Shown one piece after another: positions 61,586 to 64,000 of a DNA stretch of 64,000 nt. Numbering within the stretch: the stretch's first letter is position 1; each line of letters begins with the position of its first letter. Both the position numbers and the translations under genes were made by a program. The notes beneath the pieces were generated by a model. That model did not search any database, was not told the DNA's origin, and worked only from the letters and a program-made list of their open reading frames with translations. The DNA comes from Patescibacteria group bacterium (GTDB lineage Bacteria; Patescibacteriota; Minisyncoccia; Minisyncoccales; Staskawiczbacteraceae). The stretch is taken from NCBI GenBank assembly GCA_018829965.1, contig JAHJTG010000008.1, positions 9,314-73,313 on the forward strand. The letters run 5' to 3'.

Positions 61586-63117
61586 ATTCTTCTTAAAAAA
61601 GCTGGGATTTCCCATTCAGCTTCCTGATTTATTCTTTTATTCTCTTCCAACTCTTGAGCTGTTTTAACTTCTAAAGCGTTTCTTCTAATCATTCCTTTTT
61701 TATCTTCTGTCTTGTCAGTTGAAGACGAAACCACTATTGGGACTGATGTTTTTATAACTGGCGCGTGAAATGATTGTTTTTTTATTTTCTTCCCCGCCTG
61801 CAACTCTTTGCCCGCCAGCAACGCTTTGCGTAGCGATGCGGGCTGGCGTAGCAATGCGGGTAGGTTTTTTTCTATTTTCATTTTAATCTTTTTCTTAGGG
61901 ACTTTCTTCTTTTCTTCTTTTTTTACAATAATAGGTTTCTTTATCTCAACAGGCTCTGGCGTAGGAGCAAATGATGGACCAGTAATTAAAAGCGTTGTTT
62001 TAATTTTATTTTTTGATTTTGTATTTTTGGAAATGCCAAAAATTATTTTTGCTTTAGGGTTTAAAATAGATATGCTTTTGCTAATTTTTTCAACTTCTAT
62101 CATGCCAAGATTCTTTCCGCCCGAGATATTAAATAACATTTTTTCCGCTTTTATATTACTGTTATATAAAGGGTTATTAAGGATATTTTGTACTACTTCT
62201 TCTGCTCTATTTTTACCAGTAGCTTCAGCGCTGTTCAAAAATGCCATCATTCCCCTGCCTTTTAATATTGTTCTTACATCGGCAAAATCAATATTAATTA
62301 ACCCGGGGTTATAAATTAAATCAATTAAACTTTCTAAAGATTCTATAAGATTTTTATTCACTAATGAAAAAGCTTCTGTAATAGAAGTTTTCTCGCCGAT
62401 AATTTTAAAAATTCTTTCGTTAGGAATTACGATTAAAGCGTTCAAACATTCTCTTATATCCCGAACAGATTTTGAACTAATTTTTGATTTTTTCTTACCT
62501 TCAAAACGAAATGGCAAGGTAAAGATTCCCAAAGTAACATTACCCAATTTTTGGCTCAACTCGGCAAAAACAGGAGTAGCGCCAGAGCCCAGCCCTCCAC
62601 CCAAAGACGAAACAAGAATAATAATATCTTGACCCTCTAAGAGTTTTGTAATTTTTTCTTTTTCTTTTTCGGCTGCTTGGCGCGCTAATTCTGGATTCAT
62701 TCCAGTTCCCAAGCCGTGAGTTACATCTTTACCAAAATAAAAATATTTAATTCCAGGTTTTTTCCCTATTGCCCTTATATCAGTATCGGCAATTACAAAA
62801 CTGGCTTTTTCTAAAGACCTGCCGATTTCAGAAACAATTGACCCTCCACCACCACCAACTCCAATAACTCTTATTTTGGGCCTAAAAATTGCGTTAGCAG
62901 ATAAATCAAACTTTTGAGGTTTGTGAAAAACCATTTTTTGTTTATCCGTCCGTAACCCAGAGGCGAAGGAGGGTTTTTTTATCTTTACTGCCCTTCTCAC
63001 CTTCACCTTCTTTGCTTTTTTCACAATCTTAACTCTCTTTGCCCTTTTTGCCTTTTTAACTCTTCTTATCTTTTTAGCCCTTTTTATCTTTTTTATGTAA
63101 GTTTTCTTTTTTTTCAT
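61570..63117 (-). CDS. ftsZ: Cell division protein FtsZ with Lys-rich N-terminal extension and long repeat-containing C-terminal linker
   Basis: GVGGGGGS, GGLGSGATP (tubulin signature GGGTGSG variant), NERIF/LIN.DFADV blocks; ~80-aa KKAKR-rich N-terminus. Confidence 0.9.
   Translation of the reverse strand: MKKKKTYIKKIKRAKKIRRVKKAKRAKRVKIVKKAKKVKVRRAVKIKKPSFASGLRTDKQKMVFHKPQKFDLSANAIFRPKIRVIGVGGGGGSIVSEIGRSLEKASFVIADTDIRAIGKKPGIKYFYFGKDVTHGLGTGMNPELARQAAEKEKEKITKLLEGQDIIILVSSLGGGLGSGATPVFAELSQKLGNVTLGIFTLPFRFEGKKKSKISSKSVRDIRECLNALIVIPNERIFKIIGEKTSITEAFSLVNKNLIESLESLIDLIYNPGLINIDFADVRTILKGRGMMAFLNSAEATGKNRAEEVVQNILNNPLYNSNIKAEKMLFNISGGKNLGMIEVEKISKSISILNPKAKIIFGISKNTKSKNKIKTTLLITGPSFAPTPEPVEIKKPIIVKKEEKKKVPKKKIKMKIEKNLPALLRQPASLRKALLAGKELQAGKKIKKQSFHAPVIKTSVPIVVSSSTDKTEDKKGMIRRNALEVKTAQELEENKRINQEAEWEIPAFLRRMKPEH
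61793..61865. repeat. Family D GC-rich element inside the ftsZ linker
   Basis: cccgcctgcaactctttgcccgccagcaacgctttgcgtagcgatgcgggctggcgtagcaatgcgggtagg; translated as LPALLRQPASLRKALLAGKELQAGK. Confidence 0.85.
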
Positions 63118-63262
63118 TAAGTTTAGTTTACCCCGTTAGAAATTTTTATCAAGACCCTATCCTGCATATATTGATTTTTTCAGCTTTATGTTGTAAACAG
63201 AATACGATATATGGAATTGTGTTTCTTTAAAGAAATCGAAAAACTATTGAAAGGAGGGGAAA

Positions 63263-63862
63263 ATGTCCCAGTGGCTCTTTAAAAATTTCGCTAATTTTAT
63301 TACTGTTTTTGGGGTAATCACAACTATTTTATTTTTGATTGTGGGAATAAGCTATCCCAATATGCTCTGGCTACTTTTGATATTAGGAATCTTGACAAGC
63401 CTTTCTGATTTTTTTGATGGGAATATTGCTCGTCGGTTCAGCATAACATTGTTCGGAACTGCATTAGACAGGTTGAGAGATAAATTTTTTGTTTGCTCCG
63501 CCCTAGCTTTGCTCTTCTGGCAGTATTGGCCGACTGATAAAAGCATTATTATCACTATTTTTACTGAATTGCTTGTAATATTAGTAATCTCCTTTGAATT
63601 ACTTATAAACTCCACGTGGCTTTATGCATTGATAAAGAAACTTGACGCTACGACTAGTAAAGATGGCAAAATCAAAGTAACCTGCGAATTTTTTGCAATA
63701 GCAATTTGGCTGACTTCTCTTAATATCGATAAATATTGTATTGCCGATACTCTAAGTATCTCAATATTCTTTATTGATCTTTTGCTGATCGTCTCATTTT
63801 ACTTTCAAGTCAGAAGTTTCGGCTATTACTATTTAAAGTACAGTAGAAACAACAAGCAATAA
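63263..63862 (+). CDS. CDP-alcohol phosphatidyltransferase-like membrane protein
   Basis: DFFDGNIARRFSITLFGTALDRLRD signature; GGAGG 8 nt upstream of the ATG. Confidence 0.7.
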   Translation: MSQWLFKNFANFITVFGVITTILFLIVGISYPNMLWLLLILGILTSLSDFFDGNIARRFSITLFGTALDRLRDKFFVCSALALLFWQYWPTDKSIIITIFTELLVILVISFELLINSTWLYALIKKLDATTSKDGKIKVTCEFFAIAIWLTSLNIDKYCIADTLSISIFFIDLLLIVSFYFQVRSFGYYYLKYSRNNKQ

Positions 63863-63895
63863 AAACCGCGGAGGTTATCCCCGCGGTTTTGTTTT
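63861..63895. terminator. Bidirectional terminator between convergent genes
   Basis: aaaaa-ccgcgg-aggttatcc-ccgcgg-ttttgtttt. Confidence 0.75.
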
Positions 63896-63901
63896 GAAAA
63901 T

Positions 63902-64000
63902 CTATTTTTCTGCCCAATATACTTTAGCTTCCTCTTCCAATTTATCTAAACGAGTATAATAATCTGAGAACTCATTCAAATGAGCCAAAGCAATCTTGCC
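63902..64000 (-). CDS. 3' end of an unidentified CDS (partial, runs off the window end)
   Basis: 33 open codons ending ...EEEAKVYWAEK-TAG. Confidence 0.35.
   Translation of the reverse strand, partial: GKIALAHLNEFSDYYTRLDKLEEEAKVYWAEK

Noticed and set aside
529-62314. Long antisense ORFs inside dnaX, gtrA, serS, PBP2, ppsA, acetyl-CoA synthetase, gap, ftsZ and others (for example 529-831, 1535-2140, 13675-14085, 17359-17799, 45742-46101, 48780-49112, 61808-62314)
   Set aside because: They are shadow frames typical of AT-rich coding DNA. Each overlaps a confidently identified gene on the other strand and has low-complexity Ser/Phe/Ile-rich composition.

Overview
This is a low-GC, gene-dense 64-kb segment, with nearly all genes between 6.4 and 63.1 kb on the minus strand. 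The gene content and oddities suggest a small-genome bacterium of the Candidate Phyla Radiation (CPR)/Patescibacteria type; that placement is inference. Housekeeping content: dnaX, dnaB, recR; cysS, serS, lysS; envelope and division genes (FtsQ-like, FemAB-like, DegT aminotransferase, a membrane-fused Mur ligase, PBP2-mreD-mreC, ftsZ, galU, two pilin-like genes); translation genes (tsf, rpsB, rpmE, rplY, ychF, an N-terminally short prfA); a glycolysis/fermentation block (fba, PfkB kinase, ppsA, ADP-forming acetyl-CoA synthetase, gap, gpmA, eno); a type II restriction-modification (R-M) pair; and three tRNAs. Two things stand out. (1) The rRNA locus (20.2-34.7 kb) holds a 5S, a ~5.5-kb 23S and a ~5.0-kb 16S. 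The 16S is unlinked from the 23S-5S by protein genes. Together the two large genes carry seven group I introns, six with intact LAGLIDADG homing-endonuclease ORFs and one an ORF-less relic. The introns sit in the most conserved functional centres: the 16S 530 loop, 790 loop, h34 and decoding site, and two 23S peptidyl-transferase-centre sites plus the sarcin-ricin loop. There are also six ORF-less hairpin insertions, and the 16S 3' end has no anti-Shine-Dalgarno CCUCC. (2) A pervasive vocabulary of short, mostly GC-rich palindromic or modular repeats fills almost every intergenic spacer. The same modules also sit in frame inside essential genes (twice in eno; cysS, ftsZ, DegT, Mur ligase, ppsA, both ends of prfA), inside 23S/16S expansion hairpins, and against a truncated tRNA gene. 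Further oddities: a GIY-YIG mini-transposon-like cassette with an in-frame TGA at a conserved Gly plus a deleted derivative copy, a duplicated trxB 5' end, and heptamer arrays inside a FemAB-like gene. All coordinates of RNA ends, introns and repeats come from by-eye alignment and are accurate to a few nt at best. E. coli numbering is from memory, anchored on universal primer sites.
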